Shown: positions 1 to 9,305, counted from the stretch's first letter. The stretch is 64,000 nt of DNA from Terriglobia bacterium (GCA_963695545.1 OY968796.1:2560001-2624000); one strand, 5' to 3'. A program made the numbers and translations. Notes: generated by a model from the letters alone, not told the origin.

Positions 1-1
1 A

Positions 2-658
2 CTGATCGAAACCGGAAACGGCGGAGGCGCCGCTCTTCCGCCTCTCGATGGCGGCGGCGACGACGGCCGCTCCGGGCCGAGCCCGGAAGTTTCGCGGCGC
101 GCGTTTTCCACGGTCGTGCAGCTGACGATGGCGGCGATCGTGATGTTTTTCATGTCGCTTACCAGCGCCTACATCGTGCGCAAAGGCCTCGGTACCGATT
201 GGCAGGCCACGCCGATTCCGCCGGTGCTGTGGCTGAACACGCTGGTGCTGCTGGCAAGCAGCGCCACGATCGAGCTGGCGCGTCGCAAAAATTCCGGAAT
301 AGCGGCCACAAACCCGCGGGCCGCTGAGTTGAGGGAAGAGAGATTTTCGACTTGGTGGACGATCACCATTGCGCTGGGCCTGTTGTTCCTCGCCGGCCAG
401 CTTTTCGCGTGGCGGCAATTGGCCGCGGCGGGATTGTTTCTGCGCACCAATCCTAGCAGCAGCTTTTTCTACGTGCTGACGGCGGCGCACGGAGCGCATC
501 TGATCGGCGGAATCTTCGCGCTTTTCTATGTCGCGTTTCGCAATTGGAAGCGCTCGCGCATCACGCAGGAAACGGCTGCGGATTTGGCGGCGCTGTACTG
601 GCATTTCATGGACGGGCTGTGGCTGTTCTTGCTCGCACTCCTGACACTGGGACGGTGA
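2..658 (+). CDS. Cytochrome c oxidase subunit III family protein (5'-truncated by window edge)
   Basis: Frame is open from position 2; hydrophobic with FFYVLTAAHGAHLIGG and LYWHFMDGLW motifs of CoxIII. Confidence 0.9.
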   Translation: MIETGNGGGAALPPLDGGGDDGRSGPSPEVSRRAFSTVVQLTMAAIVMFFMSLTSAYIVRKGLGTDWQATPIPPVLWLNTLVLLASSATIELARRKNSGIAATNPRAAELREERFSTWWTITIALGLLFLAGQLFAWRQLAAAGLFLRTNPSSSFFYVLTAAHGAHLIGGIFALFYVAFRNWKRSRITQETAADLAALYWHFMDGLWLFLLALLTLGR

Positions 659-661
659 TCC

Positions 662-1294
662 GTGCACCAAGTGAACGCTGAAGAGCCAAGTTCATCGATC
701 TGGTCGGGTGGAGCGCGGCCATTCGGTGTGGGCTCGAAAAAGCTCGGGATGTGGATGTTCATCGTTTCGGATTCGCTCACCTTCGGCGCGCTGCTTTTGG
801 CGTATAGCTACGAGCGCCTCTCGAATCCGGATTGGCCGCGCCCGTTTGAAATGTATCCGGGCATCGCGAAATCCACGGGGATGACGGTGATTCTGTTGCT
901 GAGCAGCTTGACGATGGTATTCGGCGTGGCGGCGGCCAATCGCAACAATCGCAAAGCGGCCGTCAAGTGGCTCGTGGCCACGATGATTCTAGGAGCCTCG
1001 TTCGTCGCGATCCACATGACGGAATGGTTCACGCTGTTCCGCGAGGGCGTCACGCCGTGGTCGAATCCGTGGGGCGCGCCGCTATTTGGCGCGACGTTTT
1101 TCGGAATCACCGGGCTGCACATGCTGCACGTCACGATCGGCGTGATTTATCTGGGCGTGATCGCGGGTGCGTTCGGCACGAACCATCTCAGTTCTGAAGA
1201 CGTCGAAGTGAGCGGACTGTACTGGCACTTCGTCGATTTGGTTTGGATGTTCGTTTTCCCGATGCTCTACCTGATGTCCGTCGCGGTGAAGTAG
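662..1294 (+). CDS. Cytochrome c oxidase subunit III family protein
   Basis: KLGMWMFIVSD, FFGITGLHMLHV and GLYWHFVDLVW motifs. Confidence 0.92.
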   Translation: MHQVNAEEPSSSIWSGGARPFGVGSKKLGMWMFIVSDSLTFGALLLAYSYERLSNPDWPRPFEMYPGIAKSTGMTVILLLSSLTMVFGVAAANRNNRKAAVKWLVATMILGASFVAIHMTEWFTLFREGVTPWSNPWGAPLFGATFFGITGLHMLHVTIGVIYLGVIAGAFGTNHLSSEDVEVSGLYWHFVDLVWMFVFPMLYLMSVAVK

Positions 1295-1317
1295 CACGCT
1301 AAGCCAAAGGAGCGCGC

Positions 1318-1650
1318 ATGTCGCATGACGCTGGCACCGAGATGCACCAGGCGGGAACCACTGGGCAATTTCTGGTGGTGTGGTTCGCGCTGGTAGCCAT
1401 CACCGCGGGCGAAGTGTTTCTCGCGTATCTTGAATACATGCGCACGCATCCCGCGATCATGCTCACGCTGCTGGTTGGCCTCTCGATCATCAAGGCGGCG
1501 CTGATCATGTCTTACTTCATGCACCTGCGCTTCGAGCGGTTGAGCCTGGTGCTGTGGCTGGTGCCGGCGATGGTTTTTTGCCTGTGCATGATCATTATTT
1601 TCTTCATGCCCGATGCAAATCGCATGTTGCAGATGCGCTTGATGCATTAG
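1318..1650 (+). CDS. Cytochrome c oxidase subunit IV family protein
   Basis: Three TM segments, KAALIMSYFMHLRFE motif, AAGGAG RBS, operon position. Confidence 0.88.
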   Translation: MSHDAGTEMHQAGTTGQFLVVWFALVAITAGEVFLAYLEYMRTHPAIMLTLLVGLSIIKAALIMSYFMHLRFERLSLVLWLVPAMVFCLCMIIIFFMPDANRMLQMRLMH

Positions 1651-1686
1651 GAAAATGGACGGAAGCGCGTTTCGCTGAGGGGCGTT

Positions 1687-1932
1687 GTGAAACTCGGAAC
1701 CTGGAATCGTAAATTGTGGTTCGCGCCGCTGGCCTTGGCCGGAGCGCTGGGATTTGCGCCCGGCGCCGCGGCGCAAAGTTGCGCGCTGTGCTACACCACG
1801 GCTTCCGCGGCGGGCGCGGCCGGCATTCACGCGCTGCACGTGGGAATTCTCGCGCTGCTGTTTCCAGCGCTCGCGCTGTTTCTCTGGATTTTCACTCTGG
1901 TGTTTCGCAGCGCGGGCGCAGCCGACCTCTGA
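1687..1932 (+). CDS. Small exported/membrane protein with CxxC (CALC) motif at the end of the cox operon
   Basis: Signal peptide ending AAAQ, then SCALCY and a C-terminal TM helix; GAGGGG RBS. Confidence 0.7.
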   Translation: MKLGTWNRKLWFAPLALAGALGFAPGAAAQSCALCYTTASAAGAAGIHALHVGILALLFPALALFLWIFTLVFRSAGAADL

Positions 1933-2027
1933 TTCGCTTCTTCGCTTTTCCCTGTAACGCTTTTTTCGCCAAACCTTTTCGCAGAGGGCTCAAACCGTTT
2001 GAGCCAATAGCTCGTCAAAACGCCGGC

Positions 2028-3176
2028 TCACGCGTGCGCCGCTTCATTTACTGCTCGGGCCACGCGCGCGATTTGCTCTTCCGTGAGTGCCGGATAAATC
2101 GGCAGCGACAATACTTCCTCGGCCGCGCGTTCCGAGCGCGGCAGCGCGCCGCGCTCCAACTTCGCATCGGCAAATAGTGGTTGCAGGTGCAGCGGCACAG
2201 GATAGTAGACCACGCTTGCGATGCCGCGATCCGCGAGATGTTGCTTGACGCGATCGCGCCGCGCGGCGCCGCCTTCCACGCGGATCGTATACACCGAATA
2301 AACGTGTTCGGATCCGGTGCGGCTCTGCGGCGTGCGAATCCCCGGCGCGTCGGAGAGTTCGTCGTCGTATGCGCTGGCCACGGCTTGGCGCGCGGCAGTC
2401 CATCGCGCAAAGTGGCGCAGCTTCACGCGCAGCACCGCAGCTTGGATTTCGTCGAGGCGGCTGTTCCAACCGCGCTCGGCGCTGACGTAACGCACGGTCT
2501 CGCCGTGATTGCGCAGTCGGCGTAATCGCTCGGCCGCCGCGGGGTTGGCGGTCAGTATCATTCCCGCATCGCCGTAAGCGCCCAAATTCTTCGAGGGATA
2601 AAAGCTGAGGCATCCGAACGCGCCTATCGAACCCGTCGTCCGGCCGCGATAACGCGCGCCGAGCGATTGAGCGTTGTCCTCGATCACGCTGATCCAGCGG
2701 CGAACGCCGACCGCGAGAATCGGATCCATGTCCGCGGAAAGACCGAACAGGTGCACGGCGACAATGGCCCGCGTGCGTGGCGTCAGGCACTGTTCCACGC
2801 GCATGGGATCGATGGTGAACGATATTGGGTCGATGTCGACGAAGATCGGCCGCGCGCCTAGAGCGGTGACCGCGCTCGCTGTGGCGACGAATGTAAACGC
2901 GGGGATCATCACGTCGTCGCCAGGCCCGACGCCCGCGGCGTGAAGCGCGATCGTAAGTGCGTCCGTGCCGGACGCCACGCCGACCGCAAACGGCGATCCG
3001 CAGAGCTGCGCAATTTCTTTTTCGAGCGCCTCGCCCTCCGGTCCCAGAATCCATTTCTGCGAGGCGAAAGCGCGATCGAATGCGGCGCGAATATCGGCGC
3101 CGATGGCGGCCCATTCAGCGCGCAGATCGAGCAGAGGAATCGGAGCGTCTGCCGAGGGAGGGGCTGGCGAGCTCAT
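2028..3176 (-). CDS. DegT/DnrJ/EryC1/StrS family PLP aminotransferase
   Basis: SGTDAL, IEDNAQ, SFYPSKNLGAYGDAG and NSRLDEIQAA motifs. Confidence 0.95.
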   Translation of the reverse strand: MSSPAPPSADAPIPLLDLRAEWAAIGADIRAAFDRAFASQKWILGPEGEALEKEIAQLCGSPFAVGVASGTDALTIALHAAGVGPGDDVMIPAFTFVATASAVTALGARPIFVDIDPISFTIDPMRVEQCLTPRTRAIVAVHLFGLSADMDPILAVGVRRWISVIEDNAQSLGARYRGRTTGSIGAFGCLSFYPSKNLGAYGDAGMILTANPAAAERLRRLRNHGETVRYVSAERGWNSRLDEIQAAVLRVKLRHFARWTAARQAVASAYDDELSDAPGIRTPQSRTGSEHVYSVYTIRVEGGAARRDRVKQHLADRGIASVVYYPVPLHLQPLFADAKLERGALPRSERAAEEVLSLPIYPALTEEQIARVARAVNEAAHA

Positions 3177-3203
3177 GTTCCGTCTAGCCTTTCGTCGTCC
3201 TGC

Positions 3204-3662
3204 TCAGTCGGCGCCGCGGCCGCCCGCGATCGGACCGGATGCTGGACCGGATACGCGCGTGGAAGGCGGCGCACAACTCTGCGGACCACAGCGCGGCGGC
3301 GCGCCGGGCAAACTGTAGCGATTGCGCGCGATCCAGCGATAAATGCCCGGTCCCATCCATCGAAACGGCGGCGCTCCGAGTATCCATCCGAGCCACGCGA
3401 GCCGCGGCATCGCCCGCAGCAAAACAACCCACGCGGAAAATCCGGCCACCCAAGCGCCGTCAGGTGTGCGCACGTGCATCTCGTTCTCTAATTGCTCGAT
3501 AGAAAAAGGCGCGCGCGCGGCGATGGCGGGATCGTTGTAATCAACGAACGAGATGCGGTGGCGTGTGTCATACGGTTCGACGCGCGCACGAATCCACTGG
3601 CAAAACGCGCATGAACCGTCGTTAAAAACCTCGAAGTGCCCGGAGTGTCCGTTCGTGTCCAT
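3204..3662 (-). CDS. DCC1-like/DUF393 thiol-disulfide oxidoreductase family protein
   Basis: N-terminal DGSCAFC (DxxCxxC) and YRWIARNRY motifs. Confidence 0.85.
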   Translation of the reverse strand: MDTNGHSGHFEVFNDGSCAFCQWIRARVEPYDTRHRISFVDYNDPAIAARAPFSIEQLENEMHVRTPDGAWVAGFSAWVVLLRAMPRLAWLGWILGAPPFRWMGPGIYRWIARNRYSLPGAPPRCGPQSCAPPSTRVSGPASGPIAGGRGAD

Positions 3663-3804
3663 CGCGAGTAGCGCGGCGATCTGGGCGAATTGCTTGGCCC
3701 TCGATACATTATAGCTCGTATGTCACGCGCGCGCGTGAAGCGGACGAATCGGTTTTGTTGCAGCGGCAAGACTTGCGGGTTTGGTAATCGAGATCGGGAT
3801 GCGA

Positions 3805-4062
3805 TCAGTGCGGGCGCCCCGGCGGGTCGGCCGGTTCGGGGATGTGCGGATGCGCCGGAGGCGCGGCGGTGCTCGCGGAGGTTTTCGAGGGCGCCGGTTG
3901 AGGAATACCCACGCCAGAATTCATTTCCAGGTGCTCTTTAGCGCAACGTGGGCAATACGATTTGCCCGTATCTTCGTCGCGCAGGCTCGCGAGTTCGTAA
4001 CAGCCGTGAATACAATCGCAATAGCCGGTTGTCGAAGCCGTTTTGATGGGCACGAGTGCCAT
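3805..4062 (-). CDS. Small Cys-rich hypothetical protein (possible zinc ribbon)
   Basis: CDCIHGC...CPRC with a Pro-rich tail; GGAGG upstream. Confidence 0.65.
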   Translation of the reverse strand: MALVPIKTASTTGYCDCIHGCYELASLRDEDTGKSYCPRCAKEHLEMNSGVGIPQPAPSKTSASTAAPPAHPHIPEPADPPGRPH

Positions 4063-4143
4063 CGGCGGAAAATCCTCCGTTCGGGATAGTAACCGCGCGA
4101 ATCGCGTTTCGCAAGACGTCCGGTCGGCGTCGCGCGCGCCGCG

Positions 4144-5223
4144 TCAGATGGCCTTGACGTGGGAAAGGCGGTAGGGCGTGCCGATGTTTTCGCGCAGCTC
4201 GAGCCAGAGTGAATCCGGCAGCGAAAGAAAAACATCGACCACTCGCGGATCGAATTGCGTGCCGGAGCAGCGATTGATTTCAGCGCGCGCGTACTGAATC
4301 GACAAGGCCTTGCGGTAAGGCCGGTCCGAAATCATGGCATCGAGCGCGTCGGCCACCGCGAAAATCCGCGCCCCGAGGGGGATTTCCTCGCCCTTCAGTC
4401 CTCTCGGATAGCCGGTTCCGTCAAAATATTCCTGGTGCGCGAGCACGATTTGCGCCGCCTCGCGCAAGAACGGGATGCGCGTGACCATGTTGTACCCGAT
4501 CTCGCAGTGCGTGCGCATCACTTGCTTTTCCTCTTCGTTCAGAGGGCCGGGCTTGCGCAGCACGCTGTCGGGGATGGCCATTTTGCCGATGTCGTGCAGG
4601 AACGCGGCGCGCGCGATCACCGGCAAATTCTGCGGCGGAACTTTCATGGTTTTCGCGATGGCGATGGTGAAGGCTGTCACGCGCTTGCAATGGCCTTCGG
4701 TCTCCGCATCTTTTAAGTCCAGCGCGCCGCCCAGCGCCTCGAGCGTGTCGTCGTAAGATTGTTCGAGTTGCTGGAGCGTGCCCTTGAGCTGCCCCGTGCG
4801 CTCCTCGACCAGGCGCTCGAGGTCGCTCTGATATTTCCGGTTTTCGAGCACCAGGCGGCGGTGATCCAGTGCGCGCCGCACGCTCAAGAAAAGTTGGTCT
4901 TTTTCAAATGGCTTCAGGATGTAGTCGTAGGCCCCGCGGCGAATGGCTTCGAGCGCGGTCGCGATGTCGTGCATCGCGGTGACGATAATTACGGGGACGT
5001 CCGGGTCGTGCTGATGCACCCATTCGAGCAGCCGGATGCCGTCCATCTCCGGCATCACCATGTCGCTCAGCACGAGGTCGGGAGTGTTGTGCTCGAGATG
5101 TGCCTTCGCCAACCGCCCATTCCCGGCGGTCGCGCAGTCGAAGCCCTGCGCTTCGAGCATGGTCGAGACGACCTCGCGGATCGCCTCCTCGTCGTCGACC
5201 ACCAGGATATTGCCCTTGTGCAC
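4144..5223 (-). CDS. Response regulator with HD-GYP domain (putative c-di-GMP phosphodiesterase)
   Basis: REC domain (ILVVDDE, SDMVMP, KPF), HDIGK, DGTGYP and RPYR motifs. Confidence 0.95.
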   Translation of the reverse strand: MHKGNILVVDDEEAIREVVSTMLEAQGFDCATAGNGRLAKAHLEHNTPDLVLSDMVMPEMDGIRLLEWVHQHDPDVPVIIVTAMHDIATALEAIRRGAYDYILKPFEKDQLFLSVRRALDHRRLVLENRKYQSDLERLVEERTGQLKGTLQQLEQSYDDTLEALGGALDLKDAETEGHCKRVTAFTIAIAKTMKVPPQNLPVIARAAFLHDIGKMAIPDSVLRKPGPLNEEEKQVMRTHCEIGYNMVTRIPFLREAAQIVLAHQEYFDGTGYPRGLKGEEIPLGARIFAVADALDAMISDRPYRKALSIQYARAEINRCSGTQFDPRVVDVFLSLPDSLWLELRENIGTPYRLSHVKAI

Positions 5224-5374
5224 GCGCCACCCTCGGTCCAGCCATTATAGGGCAGACGAATTCGTCGCCGGGCAGGTCCACAACCGATGTTGCTCGTGTT
5301 GACACCTACGACAGGAAGAAATCCGAACGCGGCGTGCGTGAGGCGATGAGGCTTGCTCGCGTGCCCTAGGCACC

Positions 5375-5932
5375 CTAATTTGCGCCGGCTTGTGTGGGAC
5401 CCGGCTCCACGAGGCTGGTCATCGACGCTTCCAAGCGAGTCGCCAAGCTGCCCACCAGGCGCGTCAGGCGCTCAAAGGCCGGAACCGGCACCTCGCCGAG
5501 CGCCAGACGCATCGAAACGGCGGCGTACACCATCCGGAAGCGAATGCCCAGCCTCAAGCGCTCCGCTTCCTGGCGCGCATCCACTTTCGGAGAAAGCGCC
5601 GCGACCATCCGGCCAAATTTCTCGAGGCGCAGATAGTCCTCGCGCAGACCTTGCAGATAGCGCCGCGCCACCTTGCGCCGCTCCGTGCGCAGCGCGGCCC
5701 GCATTCTGTGCGGGATGCGTCGTCCAAGCTCGGCCAGGTCCGATCCGGAGAGCGCCTGGCGCACGAGGGGAAAATATTTCGCGTGGCGAGGCGTCAGATC
5801 TTCTTGGGAGAGATTCGGCAGTTCGGCGCGCGTCGCGCCGCCATGTCGCCCCAAGCGACGCGGCCAGACGAGCACGGCCACCAGCGCCAGCAAGGCAATC
5901 CCCGAGGCGACGAAAAGAAACGCTTCGCTCAT
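5375..5932 (-). CDS. Hypothetical protein with N-terminal membrane anchor
   Basis: N-terminal TM then basic helical domain; ATGA overlap with upstream gene. Confidence 0.8.
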   Translation of the reverse strand: MSEAFLFVASGIALLALVAVLVWPRRLGRHGGATRAELPNLSQEDLTPRHAKYFPLVRQALSGSDLAELGRRIPHRMRAALRTERRKVARRYLQGLREDYLRLEKFGRMVAALSPKVDARQEAERLRLGIRFRMVYAAVSMRLALGEVPVPAFERLTRLVGSLATRLEASMTSLVEPGPTQAGAN

Positions 5933-6750
5933 GACTTTAGCAACTCCAGCAGGCGCGCATTGAAGGTCCGCAACCTAAAGTTGACCGCCGGAGAAAGCTC
6001 CCGATACGCCGAAGCGGGCAGCAAGACGGCAGCGAGGCCAACGGCGGGAATGGGTTTTCTCAAAGCTACGGCCCACAGAAGCAGAACGCCGCCCAGAGCG
6101 AGGCCTGGAGCAGAATTCCACCAGGTTTGCGCGTGATCCAGCCAGGCACGGTAACCGAGCCAGCCCGGAAGATGCGTTTCGGCGGCTTGAAACATCATGG
6201 CGGTGGTTATCACGCGGGCAACGGAATAAACGCACAGCCCGATCGCGATGCTGCGCTCGAGCGAATCCATCTCAAGCGTGTAATAGCGGCCGATCAGCAA
6301 CAGGGAGATCAGCACGCCCGTGGCCATGAGCTCCAAGTCTCGCTCGAGTGCCAGTACGAAAGTGTCCAGCCGATACGGCCGGGCGGCCGATTCGTACGCC
6401 GCATGGAACAGAAAGAGGAACGACACCGCCAGCAGGATTCGCCAGGCCAGCGCCCAGATGCCGGGATAGGCGCGCAGAAGACGGAAGCACAATTCACCGA
6501 TGGCCAGTCCCCACGCGGCCAAAAGAATCGCGCGCGCGATCCACGCGGCGTCGTACGCGGTCCACGAACCAAAACCGAATACGTGATATATGACCCACAA
6601 AGAACCAGTCGCTGCCACCATCAGGCTCAGATACGCCGTGAAAAACGGGAGCCTGCGGCGCAGACCGTTCCGGTAGGCCAGAGCGCACACCAAGACTTCA
6701 AGCGCGGATGTAACGACCCAGATCGCGTAGTTCAGATGGTTTAGATGCAT
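5929..6750 (-). CDS. Multi-pass (about 7 TM) membrane protein, putative peptide receptor/sensor
   Basis: Hydrophobic segments throughout from the Met at 6750 (MHLNHLNYAIWVV); the longer ORF N-terminus looks non-coding; extended -10 TGcTACCAT at 6765-6773. Confidence 0.8.
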   Translation of the reverse strand: MHLNHLNYAIWVVTSALEVLVCALAYRNGLRRRLPFFTAYLSLMVAATGSLWVIYHVFGFGSWTAYDAAWIARAILLAAWGLAIGELCFRLLRAYPGIWALAWRILLAVSFLFLFHAAYESAARPYRLDTFVLALERDLELMATGVLISLLLIGRYYTLEMDSLERSIAIGLCVYSVARVITTAMMFQAAETHLPGWLGYRAWLDHAQTWWNSAPGLALGGVLLLWAVALRKPIPAVGLAAVLLPASAYRELSPAVNFRLRTFNARLLELLKS

Positions 6751-6950
6751 CGCGGCCGGGGTCCATGGTAGCACATATGACTGTGGAGTACTTATCGGAT
6801 TTGGTTGCGGCCCGCCGGCCTCCGGCCGCGTCGCACCGGAGGGGCCCAGCGTCGCAAGACTGATGGCACTGTTCGTACTGTGCCGCTTGCTACGTGAGCC
6901 CCGGCGCGAATGCGTCATCCACCTGCTTATCCCCTGCTGGCACGGCCTCT

Positions 6951-7100
6951 TCAGGCGACGGGCGGCGGCGGGACAGGGGGTGTCGGGTCTTCGGCGGACA
7001 GAATCTGATTAGTCGAAGAGTGATTGATGTGCGAGGCAACAGGGAGTACGATGATCGTCGTCAAGGCCACGGCGAGCAACAACGTTGCAATCGTTTTCAT
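6951..7100 (-). CDS. Small secreted peptide, 49 aa, with Pro-rich C-terminus (absent from the ORF track)
   Basis: Hand translation MKTIATLLLAVALTTIIVLPVASHINHSSTNQILSAEDPTPPVPPPPVA; AGGAGG RBS; signal-peptide-like N-terminus. Confidence 0.8.
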   Translation of the reverse strand: MKTIATLLLAVALTTIIVLPVASHINHSSTNQILSAEDPTPPVPPPPVA

Positions 7101-7159
7101 GGGTTTGAACCCTCCTGGGCGCGCACTGTCGCACCGCGCTTCGGAATCGGCTCAGAACC

Positions 7160-7639
7160 ATGGAAAAAGTTCAGAAAACGGAACGCACGGAATATATGGA
7201 AACGCTCGAACGATTTCGGGGCAGCCGGCGCGTGGTGGAGGATTTCACGCGCCGCTCTCTTTCCGCCATTCCGAGCGGCTACGGACGATTGATCTACGTC
7301 AGTTCATTGCGCGAGAGCGACGATCGCTACCGGCACGACGGCTTGGCCTCCCTATATCCCGATAGCGCCGTGCAGCCCGCCTTGGAGCACTGCCACGAGG
7401 AATTGTTCTCGCAGATTCTGGAGACGCCGCTTTCGCAGCAGGAATGGGATTTGCGGATGTCTTTGGCGGCTCTCGAAGGTGGACTCGAAACGAATCTTGC
7501 CCTTTGGCGCAAGCGAGAGCGGTACGAGGAACTCGAACCGCGCGAATTGCCGGACTACCTATACGATTTGTTCGCGTCGAATTTGAGGCTGCTTTTGGAG
7601 CTGATCGAAGCCGACCTTAACGTTCGACAAGCCGCATAA
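7160..7639 (+). CDS. Hypothetical protein (helical, acidic C-terminus)
   Basis: 159-aa ORF with protein-like composition (LSAIPSGYGRLIYVSSLR...RYRHDGL); alternative start at 7196. Confidence 0.8.
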   Translation: MEKVQKTERTEYMETLERFRGSRRVVEDFTRRSLSAIPSGYGRLIYVSSLRESDDRYRHDGLASLYPDSAVQPALEHCHEELFSQILETPLSQQEWDLRMSLAALEGGLETNLALWRKRERYEELEPRELPDYLYDLFASNLRLLLELIEADLNVRQAA

Positions 7640-8357
7640 CCACTCCTACGACTTGGCCCACGATCTCGGCTTCCTGGGGCATGCGCCGCACTTCCGGTTT
7701 GCAGGGCGAAAGCGGGTGCGGCTGCAGGCTCAGCGACCAGCCGTCACGCAAACACCAACTGCACCGGTAACCGTCCCGAACGTCAATAAAATAGAGCGGG
7801 CGCTCGTATTCGTTGGTCCATCCGGAATCTCGCACTTGCCGCAGCGCTGGATCGACCAGTACCAGGCTGCCGGGCCGCAGCAGCGGGTCCATCATGCGGT
7901 CTTCCAGGCCGATATAGCCGTAGCGATACCGCTGCGGCCCGTTGAAGAGCACGCCCTCGAGCTCTCCCCATCTTTCCACCATGCGCGAGAGTTGTTCCGT
8001 GCGCCGCGGATCGAAGCCGGGATCGAATCGCATCGGGAGTTGCATCGAACTCGGCGGCGCCGCCAGATGTGTCGAGGGCGCCGCTAGCTGAGTGCTGTCG
8101 GCAAAATGCTTGTCGAAGGGCACATCGTACCAGCGGCAGATTTCACGTGGATCGAGGTGGTAGATCGCGGCCAGAGCGTAGAGTTTGTAAAGGCTGGGTG
8201 TGACCTCGCGGTTTTCGATGTCGGCCAGACGGCTGAGATGGACGATAAATTCCGGACGCCCATGCTGCGATGCGAGATCGTAGCTAGCCCGCTCCACGTC
8301 GCGGTATGTCAAACCCAATTGCTCACGTGCCTTTCGCAGGCACGAGCCAGCGTGCAT
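7617..8357 (-). CDS. XRE-family HTH transcriptional regulator with S24-like C-terminal domain
   Basis: LRKAREQLGLTYRDV...SRLADIEN HTH; C-terminal MDPLLRPGSLVLVD...EIVGQVVGV resembles the cI/LexA CTD. Confidence 0.85.
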   Translation of the reverse strand: MHAGSCLRKAREQLGLTYRDVERASYDLASQHGRPEFIVHLSRLADIENREVTPSLYKLYALAAIYHLDPREICRWYDVPFDKHFADSTQLAAPSTHLAAPPSSMQLPMRFDPGFDPRRTEQLSRMVERWGELEGVLFNGPQRYRYGYIGLEDRMMDPLLRPGSLVLVDPALRQVRDSGWTNEYERPLYFIDVRDGYRCSWCLRDGWSLSLQPHPLSPCKPEVRRMPQEAEIVGQVVGVVMRLVER

Positions 8358-8480
8358 AGCTTTCCTCGGTATGGCGATCCGAAGGCTTCACAATTGTAGC
8401 AGGTAACCATTCCGTTATGAATCCAGAACAAGCGGATCGACGCCCGGTCCCCTCCGGGCCGTTCCGGACTGGTTGCCCGT

Positions 8481-8509
8481 TTGCCCAGAACTGACGATTG
8501 GAATATAAT
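8481..8509 (+). promoter_or_regulatory. Sigma70-type promoter
   Basis: TTGCCC (8481-8486), 17-nt spacer, TATAAT (8504-8509), 7 nt before an in-frame GTG at 8517. Confidence 0.55.
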
Positions 8510-8516
8510 GGTATTC

Positions 8517-9305
8517 GTGAAGAGAATGCTCCGATTCGGATCAGCATTTCTGGCTCTATTGCTTGGCCAGATCGCGATGACGTCTGCGCGGGCCCAAGCG
8601 CCCCCGGACATCCACAAAATGGCCACGCAGTTGGCCGGCGACCGGGAAGCCACCCAGATCGGCCAGTCCGCCACCGCGAATGACCAGGTGCTCGAAGAGA
8701 CGGCGCTCGAGGCGCTGGATGTGATTGCGCTGAAGGCGCTCAACGTCCGGGGCACGCCGGACGTTGAAGCGTTGAACAAAACGCTTGGGTCGCTGGTGTC
8801 CGCCGACACCGCGACGGGCGAAGATTATGAGGTCACCGAGTTGGCCGGCGTAAGCCCTACTTACGCTTTGGTCGCCAACTTCGGGCTTGCAGGACCCTCC
8901 GCCGTGCGTCTCTATGCGGGATCTCTAGGGCATTTCGCCCTGGTCGGCAAGATCGATTGCTACGATCCGCCGAAATTCTACGACGAATACCTGGCGGTGG
9001 TGCCGATCGTAGCTCCCGAAGCCGTCTTCATGACCGTCGCCGGACGAACCGACGATTTGCAAACCGGCCTTTTCACCGTGTGGTATTTCGACGGCCAGGA
9101 TCTGCATCAAGTGTGGAATTCCGACATGCTGCCGCAGAGCACCTACGAAACCGACGCCTCGGGCGTGCACTTAACCTTCTGCGCCAAACCGGATAACGAC
9201 CATCCCGAGCAGTGCTCGCGCATGGTCCGCGACACCTTCTCCTGGGAGGACGCCGCCTGGAAGCCGCGCGAAACGAAGATCCTCGGAAAGACAAAACCCG
9301 ATTAG
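8517..9305 (+). CDS. Exported hypothetical protein
   Basis: Signal peptide ending ARA-Q; start uncertain (8508, 8517 or 8526). Confidence 0.8.
   Translation: MKRMLRFGSAFLALLLGQIAMTSARAQAPPDIHKMATQLAGDREATQIGQSATANDQVLEETALEALDVIALKALNVRGTPDVEALNKTLGSLVSADTATGEDYEVTELAGVSPTYALVANFGLAGPSAVRLYAGSLGHFALVGKIDCYDPPKFYDEYLAVVPIVAPEAVFMTVAGRTDDLQTGLFTVWYFDGQDLHQVWNSDMLPQSTYETDASGVHLTFCAKPDNDHPEQCSRMVRDTFSWEDAAWKPRETKILGKTKPD

Noticed and set aside
6751..6918. N-terminal extension of the membrane protein ORF or a second peptide
   Set aside because: Low-complexity translation; contains a GC hairpin and an extended -10, so more likely intergenic
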